Counted from the whole stretch's first letter, positions 26,301 to 40,094 are shown. The stretch is 63,894 nt of DNA, filler included, from Kipferlia bialata (GCA_003568945.1; 5 parts of 5 records of this genome joined end to end with filler, not necessarily neighbours in it); one strand, 5' to 3'. The notes: a model not told the origin generated them from the letters alone. Numbers and translations are program-made.

Positions 26301-29300
26301 CGTCACCACCAATGGTCATCTCGCCATCGGCCCACACATCAGAGACCTTGAGAGAGCCACCGATGGTAGTATCCCCAGTGACATCGAGAGCAGCAATGGT
26401 GGTAGAGCTGAGTGTGAGAATTCTACTGACCAGATATATGCTACGCAGAAAAGAAAAGAGAATACTGCATTACCTCTTGTTCACTGCGAACTTCTCAGAA
26501 GCGCCCACGAGGACGGAGAAGGTACCGGTGGTCTCGTTGACTGTGTGCTCCTCCTTGGCGGCAGAGACTGCAAGGTTGAGGCTGGTGGACAGAGTCCACT
26601 CAGAAGCTGCCTTCACGAGGGAGAGATCACTGGAAGTCCCGAAGTTGAGAGTGTCCGAGGTGAGGCTGAGGGAAGTGGCGGTGATTGTGTCGACGGCCAG
26701 AGAGCCAGTGACTGTAGCGCCGCTGTTGACGGTGAGAGTGTCAGAGAGGGTGAGGGTTCCAGTAACGCCAACATTGCCAACGATGTTGGTGGCGGCAGTC
26801 ATTGTCAGAGTACTGGCGTTGATTGCAAGCACACTACTGTCCACACTGTTGATAGTGGCCACAGTGAGGGAGGCACCAGAGACTGCACCAGAGGCAGAGA
26901 CGCTGGTGGCACTGACCTCACCTGTCACAGTCATGGGAACGGGGACCGTGTAGAGAGCAAGCCCCATTATGTAGTTCTTGACCTGAGCGCTGCCAATTGC
27001 AACAGTGAGGTCAGTAGACTTCTCAAGGGAGCCAGAGAGAGTGACGCTGCTGCTAACAATGGACACGTCGTTTCCAGAGGCGTCGATGGTCATATCACCA
27101 GAGGTCATGAGCTTCGGAGTGGACACAGAGGTGGTGGCAGCAATAGTGGTGGACGCAACAAGAGCACCAGACACAGTGAGTGTGTTGGAAAGGGTGGTCG
27201 CCTTGTTAATAGTGATAGAGGTGGTCCCAGAGGCGCCAAGAGTAAGCACTCCGCTGGCGCCGATAGTTGGGACAGTAAATGCACCGCTGAGCACAGTAGC
27301 ACCGGAAACGGTGAGAGATCCAACGCTAGCAGTGCCAACAGCAGTGAGGTTGCCGCCAACGTCCAAGTCGCTCGTGGCGTCAACATCTCCATCAAGTGTA
27401 ATACTGCCGGTCACACTGACATTTGTCCCTGCGATAGCAAGGTCAGTTCCAGAGGCGACTGAAGCTGTTGACACACTGGCTGCGGTGACTGTAGAGTCGG
27501 TAGCAGTGATGTCACCAGCGACAGTGAGCCCATTCGAGGCGCTAACCACAATCATGTCGGCTGTTCCACCGACGCTGACACTCAGGTCAGACGAAGAGAG
27601 GAGAGAGGCCACAGTGAGGGTGCCTGTGCAAGACATGGCAGAGGTAACGGCGAGAGAGGTGGCAGAGATCTCAAGGGGCTTGGTAGTCTTCATGAGGTGG
27701 GTGGTCCCATCGTAGGACAGCTTGAGCTCACTGGCAGAGGCCGCGTCACTGTATGAACGCAGAATCAGTGCATCACCAGAATCGCCATTGATGCCTCCAT
27801 ATGCAGAGACAGCACCGCTAAACTCCACAGTTCCGGTCACACTGAGACCACTGGTGGAGCTGAGCTTCTCGACCTTGAGGCCAGCAGCGCCGGCGATGGT
27901 GGCCCCTGTACTTGTCATTGTTAGAGACGCAGCGCTAGATGCGATTGAGAATCCGTCAGAGACCGAGAGGGACTTCTGGAGGGTAATCTTGTTCGAGGCG
28001 TCTGCGGTAGTGATCGAGTCCACGGTCAGAGTTGGGATGGCAGTGTTGGGGAGAGTGGCCTCTGTGGTGGACACGGTGAAGTCTGTTGCGTCAACCTCAA
28101 CCATCTTGGAGCTATTGACCTTGAGGGTGTATCCCTGGCTGTCTGCCACGTTGGCTGTGAAGGACTTGCCGTCAACGACCAAAGGGTCGTCTGTGGTGAT
28201 AGTCCACTTGTCAGAGGCATTGACAACGGAGAGAGTGTCGGTCACACCAACATTGAGGATGTCAGTGGCAAGGGTAATGGTGCCACCACTGTTGGGAGTG
28301 ATAGAGACGTTGGCGTCCGACTCAATTGTAGGTACGGTGAGCACCCCAGGAACAGTCAGATTGGTGCCAACTTCGAATGTTCCAGTTGTTGTGACAGTAC
28401 CAGCGAGACTGATGGCAGTACCTGCATCACCAACCACAAGAGTAGCAGTGTTGGAGGTGATAGTGGGAGCATACAGTCCGGTGGAGGCAGTGACAGAACC
28501 GGAAGAGGCCTTCAGATCGCCAGTTACCTCAACGTAGTTACTGGCCACCTTCAGAACAGCTGCGGTGGAGCTGATAGTGAAGCCGTTACTGACATCAAGG
28601 TCCTTAGAGAGAGTGATAGAGTCATTGCCACTTGTGAGCTCAGTGACAGTGAGGGCGGGGATGGTTGTGTCGGGGAGGACAGCAGCAGCAGAGGAGACCT
28701 CGAAGGATGAAACATCGAGTGTCAGCATATCGACATCGTTGACACCGAGGGTGTAGCCAGATGCGGCATCCACGTTGAGAGCGAGAGACGCAACGTCCAC
28801 CTCGAGGTCCTTGACAGTGGCAATATTCCAGTGGACAGAGGGAGAGGACTCGAGAGACACGACCAGGTCACCAGCAGAACCAAGGTTCACAATGTCGCTG
28901 ACCATAGAAATAGAGTCTGTGGAAGACAGGGTGAGTGCGTCGGCACCAGCAGAGAGAGTGTCCACCAGCAGAGAGCCATCAACAGTAAGGTCCTTGGCGA
29001 CGTTTAGTTTCTCGCTAAGAGTGGTGTTCTTGTTGATGGTCACTCCAGTGGTAGCGGTAGTTCCAATGGTGAGAACACCGGATGCACCAATTGTGCTGAC
29101 ACTGAGTGTGGAGGATAGAGTGGTGGCCTCTGTAACCAGAAGAGATCCTAGCACAGTAGTGGCAACACCAGCCTGGGACACATTGACAGGGCCCGAGCTC
29201 GCATTGGTGCCAAGGCTCAGAGATCCAGTACCGTAGATGCTGACTGCACTTCCAACGAGAGGCACACTCAGAGTGGCCGCAGAGCTAGTGACGCTCAGGG

Positions 29301-32300
29301 CGCTTGTCACTGTCAGTGATGTGGAGGTGACCCCTCCAGCAACCTCTGTGGGGACAGGGACAGTGAACTTCTCGGCCCCGAGGATGAATGTATCGGTGCC
29401 AGCAATGACTACACTGAGGTCGGTGGCGCTGATGAGGTTACCACCAACAGTTACGTCTCCAGTGACGGAGAGAGCATCGTTGACAGTCACCACATCACCA
29501 GCCTTTCCAGCCACACTATCCACCACAATAGAGGTGGTGGTGACAAGAGGAGTAGCGACGGATACGTCAGCAGTCACGGCTCCTGATACATCCATGGTGG
29601 ATGAGACAGTTAGGGCAGGGACAATGGTGACGCCAGTTGTAGCCGGACTGCTGGCAGTGCCCAGGGTGAGCAAACCAACTGCGCCAATGTTGCTGACACT
29701 GAGTGTCGAGGAGAGGGTGGTGGCCCCAGAGACAGAGAGGCTGTCCAGAGCAGAGGCACCGGCTGTCAGGCCCTGCACAGTGGTCATGGCAGGGGTGATG
29801 GTGACACCACTGGGGTGAGGGGCCAGAAAAGAGAGAGAAACTGAAGAGAGAAACGAAGAGTCAAACACTCAACATGGTTGGTACCTGCCCGTGACCTTAA
29901 GAAGAGCGTCTTCACTGCTGTCTGTGTCAAACACAGAGAATGACTTGCCAGCGGTGACAGTGTGTGACTCGCAATCGCACTCGAGAGCCACGCTCTGAGA
30001 TGTGACCAGCTCCCAATTGGGGTTCACGTATGTGAAGCCAAAGGAGTTGGAGGAATCGTCCTTGAGGGTGACACTGCCAGTCTTGGCAATCACGTCCACA
30101 CCAACGTCTGAGGTCACAACCATCCCAGAGGATGTGTGGCTGTTGATGCTTGTCACAGTGAGGGCCTTGTCAGTTGCGACAATTGTGTCATCAGCGGCAG
30201 TGATTGTTCCAGCAACCTTGTTGACAGTCAGGGTAGCTAGCTGCAGAGTGTTGGTAGCGTCTTCGGCTCCAATGATGAGGGCGCTGTCGGTTGAAGTGGC
30301 GTCGATGGTGTTGGTGGCCAAAGCACCAATAATAGTAGCATCGCCCTTGACAATAGTGGTGGCAGCTCCGTGAGAGATGTGCACGTCAAGAGAGGCCGCG
30401 TCAGTACCGAGAGAGAGGTTTCCACTTGTAGCATCGAGAGAGAGGCCAGCTCCCTCGACGTTCTTGTGGATGGTAACCTTGTCAGACTCGACATTAAGGT
30501 AGTCTGTGACAATCAGAGAGGCGGCTGTGATCTCAGCGGCCTCAAAGGACCCTAGAGTCGAGACGCTTGACCCAGCATCTGCTCCAAGGGTCACTGTTGG
30601 GGTGGAAATAGCCACCTTAGTGGCAGAGGTGATGGAGACATTCTGGCCAGCAAGGGTGACACTGCTTGCTCCATTACTAGTGGTGCTTGCAAGAGAAACA
30701 TTGGCCGATCCTGCACTAGCACTCCCAGCAGCAATACCAGCGCTGGTGAGAGCTGTTGCAGAGAGAGTGGATCCAGTCACAGTGAGGCCGCCAGTGGTAG
30801 TGAGGAGGCCTGCGACAGTAGTACCCGACGAGACACCCAGAGTACCAGTGACGGCAACTCCAGCTGCAGTGGTGGCTAGGATGGCAGTGCCTCCCACGCT
30901 CACAGTAGAGCTAGTGTCTACATTGACAGCGTGGACAGGGGTGGCTGTAGTGACGGTGCTAGATCCAGTCAGTTTGATTGCTGCCGATGTGACGTCTACT
31001 GTGGCTGTAACAGGTGCACTAGCATCTCCAATGGTAATGGCCACAGAGTCAAGGGCCAGGGTGGTATCGGCATCGATGCTGACCAGGTCGGACGTGAGAG
31101 TCAGCTGATCCTCTCCCTCGAGAGAGGTCACACCAGTTGCAGTCAGAGTGGCAGCGCCGTTCTCGAAAGACAGGCTGCCAGTCTGTAAACTGTTGGTGGA
31201 GGATATAGTCACGCTGTCTCCGTCCAGAGTGACACTGCTCAGGGCAGAGTTGTTGGTGGTGCTCTTAAGAGACACCTCGGCGTTGGTAACAGTGGCATCT
31301 CCCGCGGACAGGACAGCGCCAAGACCCATGTTAAGGGATGCCCCAACTGCAGTGCTCTTGGAGACAATGCTGACAGAGTCATCTGCGTCAAGGGTCAGAC
31401 TCAGAACATCCACCTCGAGGTCCTTGACTGTGGTCATGGACCAACCATCCTCAGCAGTGTACGCGGTCACTAGACTGTCAGAGTCGCCGACAGAGAGAGT
31501 GTCGCTGGTGACAGTAACAGTGCCAGGGGCCACGATATCGAGGTCCTTGGTGGACGTGATTGAGAGGTCAGTATCCGCAGCAGTGCTCTGGATTGCGTCG
31601 GCGTAGACAGTGCCTGACACAGTGAGGTCGGAACCCACAGTGAGGCTGGCAGTGGTGGTCATGGCTGGCGTGACGATGACAGAGGTCGAGGTGCCTGCCC
31701 CAAGGGTAAGGGCCCCTGCATCAGCTCCGATAGAGCTGACAGTAAGACCTCCAGACATGGTGGTCGCCTCGGAAACGTCAAGAAGACCCTTGATGCTGGT
31801 GGTTGCAGTGGTCCTGGAGATGGAGACGCCGTTGGTGGAGTCTGCTGTTCCAAGGAGAAGAGCGGTGCTCAGGGCGTCCAGCTGAAGGTCGGTTCCAACA
31901 ACTGGCTTGTGGATAGTCACAAGATCAGAGTCGGCGACAAGGTAGTCAGTGACGGTCAGGGAGGTATCAACAGCGACAACTCCAGCAGAAACAGTGCCTG
32001 CGGCGGTGGTAGTGGACCCAGCATCGCCAAGAGTGATGGTGGTTGCACTCACTCCTACCACACTACCGTCCATTGTCACAGTAGATGTTCCAGTGGCGGT
32101 GGAGGACAGCGTGACCTGGCCATTGGCAGCAATGCCAGCAGCAGTGAGAGATGTGGCTGAAAGAGCAGATCCAGTCACAGTGAGGCCTCCAGTGGTAGTA
32201 AGGAGGCCAGACACTGTGGTATCTGATGACACATCTAGGGTGCCCGTCAGATCCACTCCGTCTGCAGTGTGGGCAAGGACTGAGGTACCCCCAACACTGA

Positions 32301-33772
32301 CAGTAGAGCTAGTGTCTACAACGACAGCATGCACAGGGGTGGTTGTGGTGACAGTGGCTGTGCCATCAATGGCGATGGCCACCGAGGTGATGTCGACTGT
32401 GGCAGTGACAGGGGTCCCCAAGGGGTCTCCAATGACAACGCTGGCGGCATCAATAGTAAGGGATGTTCCAGCCTCGATGTCGACAGTGGCGGTTGACACA
32501 ACCTCCAGAGCAGTGACGGCAGAGAGTGTGGCACTTGCTGAGGCACCGATGGTGAGGTCAACGGTAGACAGATCCATAGTGGTGGAGGAAGCTAGGGAGA
32601 GGTCTCCGTTGGCAGCATCCATGTCAAGAGATGCGGAGCCGCCTGAGGCACTAAGACTGACGTTGAGGGCGGGACCGTCGATATCTACAGCACAGGATCC
32701 AGTGTTAGATGTGCTTGAGACAGAAATAGCAGCGTCCTGGGCAGTCACACCTCCCACTGTTGCAGTGATGGCGCCGACTGTGGCGGTAACAGCATCACCA
32801 TTGACAGTAACATCGCCGTCCACAGTCAGGTTGTCTGAGAGCGTGACATCGTTGGCAAAGACGTGTCCAGAGTTAGTGAGGGCGTAGCTTGTAGAAGCGT
32901 CGGCACTTGTGACTGTGACACCACTGTTCATCACAAGAGAGGACCCAAGGTCGCCCGAGGCATTATCCATCTCCTGTAGAGTGATGGTACCGGCCTTCAC
33001 AGTCGCAGTGCCCTGGGCCTTTGTCACAAAGGACACGGTGTCCGAATTGGTGACTCCAAATGACCCTACGACGTCAAGAGAGGTGGGGTCCAGCACGAGA
33101 CTAGAGCTCCCATTGGTGGCAGTCAGCTTTCCCGTCAGGTCAATGGTCTCTCCCTCCATGGAGATAGCCATTGTACCAGAGTGGCCAACAGTTAGGGTCG
33201 TGGCATCGTCTGCAGCGGCAATGGTGAGACCACCGTCGGTGACATAGATCTCGTCAGTCTTGAGACCCTTTGTGGCGTCGAAGAGACTGTTGGCAGTGAT
33301 GACGCTGAGGTTGTCACGTCCGAGAACAAGACCACCTCCGGCAGTGTCCGTTGCAATGTTGACAAAGGTGCCAGAGGGAGAGTCAATCTCTAGTACAGTC
33401 GTACCAGTGATTGTGGCGGTGGTGATCTCAAGGGGGTCAATGTTGTGTGCATCGAAGGGGTAGTTAGAGGTCCAAACCACATCGGCGTTCTCAACAGTGA
33501 CAGTGCCAGTATGGTCAACGGTAAGGAAAGACTGGGTGTCGCTACCGAAGGTAGAAGTGACTCCGAGTACGTCCAGTTTGGTCTCAAGAACGACACCGGA
33601 AGAGGATATGGCGATGGCATCGGTGACACCAAGGGAGTCGTCTGCAATGATGGCATTGTCAAACGTGGCCTTTCCCAGCACATTCACATTGGTAGTGCCC
33701 CTACCGATGTTGATCTCGTCTGCCTGGATGGTTCCAAGGTTAAGGGTGGAGTTGGCGAGGTCAGACTCCGAG
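23353..33772 (-). CDS. Giant Thr/Ser/Val/Ala/Gly-rich beta-repeat (fibre/adhesin-like) protein, >3425 aa, 5' incomplete
   Basis: ORFs 29869-33687, 26470-29868 and 23353-26337 join in frame through two phase-2 GT-AG introns (29884-29810, 75 nt; 26473-26408, 66 nt). The frame stays open to the contig end at 33772. Recurrent LTVxGxxTL/LSSTLSV strands, then a distinct aromatic/Cys-containing C-terminal ~110 aa. Confidence 0.85.
30729..32435 (-). repeat. Internal ~100-aa duplication in the giant protein (copies ~32128-32435 and ~30729-31033)
   Basis: PVTATVDITS..PVHAVVVDTSSTVSVGGT..TTVSGLLTTTGGLTVTGS..AGIAA versus PVTATVDVTS..PVHAVNVDTSSTVSVGGT..TTVAGLLTTTGGLTVTGS..AGIAA, also visible at the DNA level. 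Confidence 0.85.
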
Positions 33773-33872
33773 NNNNNNNNNNNNNNNNNNNNNNNNNNNN
33801 NNNNNNNNNNNNNNNNTTAATTAATTAANNNNNNNNNNNNNNNNNNNNNNNNNNNNNNNNNNNNNNNNNNNN
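33773..33872. other. Artificial contig-joining spacer
   Basis: N44 + TTAATTAATTAA + N44. Confidence 0.97.
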
Positions 33873-33939
<67 letters not shown>

Positions 33940-34035
33940 ATATATATATATGTAACACACTTACTTTGGCAGTGCCTCGATCTCCGATGCCCCCCCGGCC
34001 TCTCTCTCTCTCTCTCTCTCTCTTCCTAACCCCAG

Positions 34036-34315
34036 GGTGGGTCCATCGAGGAGAAGAAGGCCATCTACCGCATGCTGAGGCAGAGAGTGAGTGAGACCTG
34101 CTACGCAAAGACAGAGAAGCCAACCCTACACGATTGGGACAGGTATATAGATACCGTCGAACATTCATATCTATCCACACGGTCTGGTTCAATTACCGCT
34201 CACCCCAGTGCATACTCTGCCGTTGCTGTCGACCAGCAGAGCGTGATAGCAGCACACCTCGCCAGATTGGACAAGGTATACAAAGTATATATATATTTAT
34301 ATACGCTAGACAAGG

Positions 34316-34351
<36 letters not shown>

Positions 34352-37300
34352 TTGTGAATCTGTGACCGGCAGTAAAACAGTATATGACTCTTCCTCACCT
34401 CAGGCCTCTGAAGAGATGGAGAGAGGAGAGGAGGAGAGAAGACGGAGAGACCCACAGGTATGCAGTACATCCAATTTATGCCTTTTGGTATGGTATTCTC
34501 TCCCACCTTTTCGCTACCCTCTTTCCTAACCCTTTTAGTGGTATAATCTTCCTCTCACTCTGAATTTTCTTGTGTCTGTATCTAACGTCCCAGGGCTTCC
34601 TTCGCACTGCTGTCGAGCGTGACAGGGAGACCGAGGAGGGAGAGAGACAGGGATTGAGGAGCATCCAGGAGGCACTGGCATGTGTAAAGGGGTATGTGTG
34701 CAAGTACTCTCTCTTTCTGTTGTTCTTCAGGACTATGTATCTTTCTCCTGGATTAGTGCTCTCTCTCTCTCTCTCTGTTTTTCTCTCTGCCTTACCCCAG
34801 GGAGAGACAGGAGCTGAGAGAGGGCCTTGCCAGGGCTGGGATAGAGGGGGATGTTGATGAGGGTGTGTCGTTGGAGGACTATGCAGATCAGAGGGAGAGG
34901 GAGATGGAGAGGGAGGAGGAGAGAGAGAGGGAGAGAGAGTATGCTGCCCCTGTCTCTGCACCCTCAAGATCCAGGGTCAAACATACCCCTAAGGGGGCAG
35001 GGAGACCCCCGTCCAATGCACCCCACCCAGAGAGGGAGAGGGAGAGGGAGAGACTTGGGGCCAGTGCACACCAGACACGCACACAGAGACCGACACTCTC
35101 ACACTCAAGGTACATATATATACTTACATTACATTCGTATTTGAGTATCTAACCCTCAGGTCTGTGGCCCGTGGCTCCCTAGTGTCCAAGGCTGAACTGA
35201 AGGCAGCTTTGGCCAAGGCGGAGGACGAGGTGGATGCCAAGGTATAACCACATGAATACATGCATAAATATATTCATATATATATATATACACATATATG
35301 GATACGTATATATATATGGAGGCCGTGGCTAAGGCAGAGGACGCGGTGGATGCTAAGGTATTATACAGATACATGTTACTGAAAGCGTATTCTCGTACAT
35401 ACATATATTATTCTATATATGTGTTTACATCCCACCTCTGACCCTCCTAGGACTGTGCTCTTCGTAGGGCCAGTGCTGCAGTGGAGCAGCTCACACACCA
35501 GCTCGACACATACAGGTATTTATCTTTCTCTATACCAAGTAGACTGACGATGATTGTGTTGTTACACGCAGAAGAGTTCCACTTGTACGCGCGAGAGTGT
35601 TTCTGTTTTGTTTACCTAACCCTTCTGACCCCAGGTCTGTCAACGAGGACAACGTGACCCGTGCCCAGGTATGTGCCGCCTAATTGGTGCTCCTTAAGTG
35701 TCTTTGTTTACCCATACTCTTATTTTTCATCTCACCCCAGGTGAGTGTGGCTGAGCTGACTGCCTCTCTTGAGGCGCTCTCTATATTTGCATTGTTAATA
35801 TATTTATAGCATATTTACTGAAGCTAGTCTTACTCTCACTCCAGGTGAGTGTGGCTGAGCTGACTGCCTCCCTCGAGGCTGCTGTCGAGAGGGCTGACAC
35901 TCTGCAGCAGGAGAGAGACTCGGCTGTGGAGAGAGCCACAATAGCAGACACTAGGTACAACGATTCACACATATATACATACAATATAAGTTGAATACTA
36001 CACATTATAATATTCCAAGAATGGACTTGTCTTGTCTTGATAGCGCTTGCACTACTCTCTTAACCAACAGGTCCAACTCGTCCCTGGTGGATGTGACCAG
36101 ACTGGTGGCCAGGGTGGAGATGCTGGAGGGGAGGGACGCAGGTGTGTTAGTGTGTATAGAATATGTGTATATTTACATTCTTATACACACATATATATAC
36201 ATACAGGTGACAGTGTGGAGATGCTGGAGGGGAGGGATGCCGGTACTGTCACGTGGGGGACTTGAGTACACGATTAATAGATGTATCAACTTCTCCTGAT
36301 TACCCCCCCCCCCTCCCCTGACCCCAGAGCTGCAGCGTGACATTGCCACGAGGGAGAGGGGTGTGAGGGAGAGGCAGAGATGGGCACTGCAGGCACTGTC
36401 GAGGGCAGCGGTCAGGAGACAGGTATGTATGGGTGTATATACATAATTGCATGGAGTGTCTCTTGCTGACTCTCTCTCACCCCAGGCCTGGCAGGGTGTG
36501 ACTGACTCTCTGTGCACGGAGGCTGATACCAACACTCTCTCCCAGTGCATATCGGCATGGAGAGAGGCACTCGCAGTGGCTGCTCTGAAGGTGTGTATGT
36601 TCTATTGTGGTAGTATATAATTGAATAGTACTAATTCTATCGTACTACTGGTGTATGCCATGTAGTTATGCACGTAGATATATATCTGACCCTCAGTCTC
36701 GTGTTCAGACTGAGGCTGACCTAGACACCATGCACGGGGCATTAACTGCAATGAGGAGGGTGGCAAAGGTTAGGACTCAAACATATACACTATGATACAT
36801 ATACATATACACTCATATTTACATATGTTAATGTGTAATGATGAGGGTGGCCAAGTTAAGTGTACTCATACATATACAATGGATAGACAGGTATGATTAT
36901 TCATATATCGACTGTGCGTATGTGTTAATGATATGTAATGAGGATGGTGGCAAAGGTTAGAGCTTTTCTTATCATATATATGTACTTCAGTGGCTATTGA
37001 ATAATGATCGTATGTCGACACCAACCCCCAGGCCTCCCTCCTTGGTGCTGCCTGTACCTCCCGTCACACACAGTCACTGACCAGAGAGTGCATAGCCAGG
37101 TGGAGGCTCACATCGAAGGTATGGGTACATGTGCCATAGCGGAAGCCAACACACACCATGTACACTATACTATTTGGTATTGTTACGATTATATGTATTT
37201 GACCCCAGGCTGCATGTATCCACGCTGAGTCTGTGTCCACCCATGCCCTGGATGCATGGTACACAGCACTGTTGGACAGGAGACAGGCACTCGCAGTGCA

Positions 37301-40094
37301 GGTACGAGTGTTTGTCCCCGCACACTCTCTATTAATATTTGTATGTATATATATATATATATATATACATTCCCTCACCCCAGGAATCCACCGCCGACTC
37401 CCACCTCCGTGCCTCCACCCTCCGTTCTGTCCTGTCTATATGGACAGACAGTACACAGAGACAGAGGCAGGAGAGAGAGAGGGTGGCAGCGTGTGAGGCC
37501 TCAGTCCGTGGTGTCTCTGCTGCCACATTACTCAGTGCATCCATCACTGGGTGGCGAGAGAGGTGGGTGGATACACATACACAGACACACTCTCTCTCTG
37601 TGTATATGTATGTGTTTCTTTTGACCCCCAGGTGTGTGCGTGTGAGACGTGCCCGTGTGTCCGAGAGGCATGTCTGTGCACGTGCCCAGCACACACTCCT
37701 GCTCAATGCCATCAGGTATGCTCTCTCTCTATACTATCTCCACACATTATTCTACTGTCACAATATATTAACATAATTCATAGTGTATTGATACCCACCC
37801 CCAGGGCCATGCAGCACAGACACACCTCCCTCCATCAGGCTGAGAGGGAGGCCGATGTGTTTAGACGACGCCTACTGAAGAGGGGCCTGGACACTCTCTG
37901 TGCTGAGAGACAGAAGTGTATCAGACACAGGTGAGCATACACTCATTGTCATCTACTTTTGTCAGTATTTCTTGAGTCTACTGTGGGTATATGCTCCTTT
38001 ATGACTGTTGTGCGTCTTCTTATACCCAGGCACCAGACAGTCCTTGCCGACACCCTATACAGACAGGGCGGCAGACTGCTCCTGACCCGTGCCATCAGTA
38101 CATGGAGGAGGGAGGCAGGGGTGTCTGTGTATAGGCAGAGGACAGTCAGGAGGAGGGTATCAGCTCTGGGTGAGAGGGAGAGACGTAGAGTGCTGTGTGC
38201 CTGGAGGGGTGCACTCTCCAGGGAGGTCAGGCAGAGAGCAGTGGCACTTGCACAGCAGGTATTGTATTTATATCTAAATGTAAATATGTGTATGTAGTCA
38301 GTTGTATTGTACCTATAACCCCAGGTGACTGCCCTCGAGGACTCTCTGTCCGTGGCCAGAGACATCAGAGCCACACACGCACTCGATGCATCAACACTGG
38401 TGGAGCAGGTGAGAGTGTACATGTATACGTTTCCATACTGTGGGGCGAGTATTCTTAGCTCTTTGGATCATGATGATACATGTGTGTGTGTATTACACAT
38501 ATTCATTTTCACTGACACCCAGGTCCATGCCCTTAACAGAGACCTGGCTGCAGAGAAGGCAGAGCGCAAGGTGAGGGGTTCAGTTTCAATCAAATTCGCA
38601 CTGTCATTAGAGAGTGTATTGTCAACCTGCCTCACCCTTAGGAACTGGAGAGGGGCGTGTCTGCTGCCAGGCGGAGTGTGGCCGATCTGACCCTATCTAA
38701 CGCTGCCCTGGAGAGAGAGAGAGACACCCAGAAGGAGAGGGAGAGGCAGTTGGTGGCAGAGCTCAGGAGGCTGACAGGTTCGAATATGTATGCTATTTAT
38801 GTGTGTGTGTATATATCCTCTCTGACCCCAGGTGAGTCTGCCTCCCGACAGCAGAGACTGGACGAGACACTCGTGGCACACGAGGTGGACGTGAGGTAGG
38901 AGTATATTTGTATATTTACTGTGTACTTATACCTCTGTTTGGATATTCAGGGATATCTATGATACTGATACCAGAGCTCTTCGTGCCGAGATTGAGAGTG
39001 TCAGGGACGCCAAGGGAGAGAGGGAGAGGGAGAGAGACCAGGAGAGGGCTGGAAAGGAGCGGCTGCAGCGGGAGAGAGAGCGTGTGGAGAGAGAGAGAGA
39101 CATGCAGGTGGAGCAGGCATTCGACATAGCAGCAGGACTCAGACAGGTGGGTGGATGTGTACATATCGGTGTATATGAATGGTATTGTATTGCTTGGTGT
39201 TCTATACATCATCCTTGAGGATAAGGAGACACAAGTCCCTATCTCTGTATCTATAGAGATTTCTATGTCTCACCACCCCAGGCCCTTGAGGACAAGGTGT
39301 CAGAGCAGGCCACACTCACCTCGGACCATGCCTCAAACAGGTTAGGAGATGAGTCAATATCAGTATAAGGGTAGTATGTAACACTGTTGCTGTCTGACCC
39401 CAGGGCCGAGCTGACGTCTGTGATGTCGCACCTGAACACCCTCGACAGAGACATCCACACCCAGCTAGACAGCAGGGAGAGGCAGATTGAGACACTGGTG
39501 GGAGAGGTGGAGAGGCTGCGGAACGGGGAGAAGGCAGAGACTGTCCCAGAGGCAGAGAGAGAGAGAGAGTCTGACCAGTCCCTGGACATGGGGGATCTAG
39601 CCATGTCTCTGCCTTATACAGCTGGGTACTCCCAGGGATACAACAGTGTGGTCATGGGTGGGAGGGACAGTGCCACGGCACGGCCATCAGACCATCTGGA
39701 CACCGGTAGAGGTGCATACACCCCCCATGGGCTAGGTGACTCGATGCCTAAGGTGCACTCTACTGCTGATTCTGCGCATAGTATCACAGGTGGAGCCCTC
39801 TACCACACTTCCAGACCCCCTGCCTCAGCCCTACCCCCTATACCTGTGTCCACACACGTGGGACAGAGGGGTAGAGAGGCATACGCACACAGCGGTGGCA
39901 CTGACCCCACCTCTCTCTCCCTCTCTGCCGCTCTGCCCCCCACTGCTAGTAGGGCAGCCAGAGGTGGTAGGGCATCTAGACAACCCAGCTCTACCTCTGC
40001 TGCTAGTACTATAGGCACAGGGGCCACTAGGTCCCCTCTGGATGATGAGATTGAGGCACTGGCCAGAAAGATCAGGCAGCAGGTCGGGTTCTAG
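34036..40094 (+). CDS. Coiled-coil protein with Sfi1-like (centrin-binding) Trp repeats, 5' incomplete
   Basis: Many short GT-AG exons. Periodic L..(I/L)xxW-R motifs: LSQCISAWRE, TRECIARWRL, HALDAWYT, LRSVLSIWTD, LLSASITGWRE, LLTRAISTWRR, RRVLCAWRG. Coiled coils on both sides and a low-complexity tail ending RQQVGF-TAG. Confidence 0.6.

Noticed and set aside
26470..29884. Stop-codon readthrough, frameshifting or an operon linking the three giant ORFs
   Set aside because: Ordinary GT-AG introns with branch motifs join them in frame.
23876..33820. Long + strand ORFs (e.g. 24935-26050, 31949-32887)
   Set aside because: Antisense shadows of the giant - strand gene caused by its codon bias.
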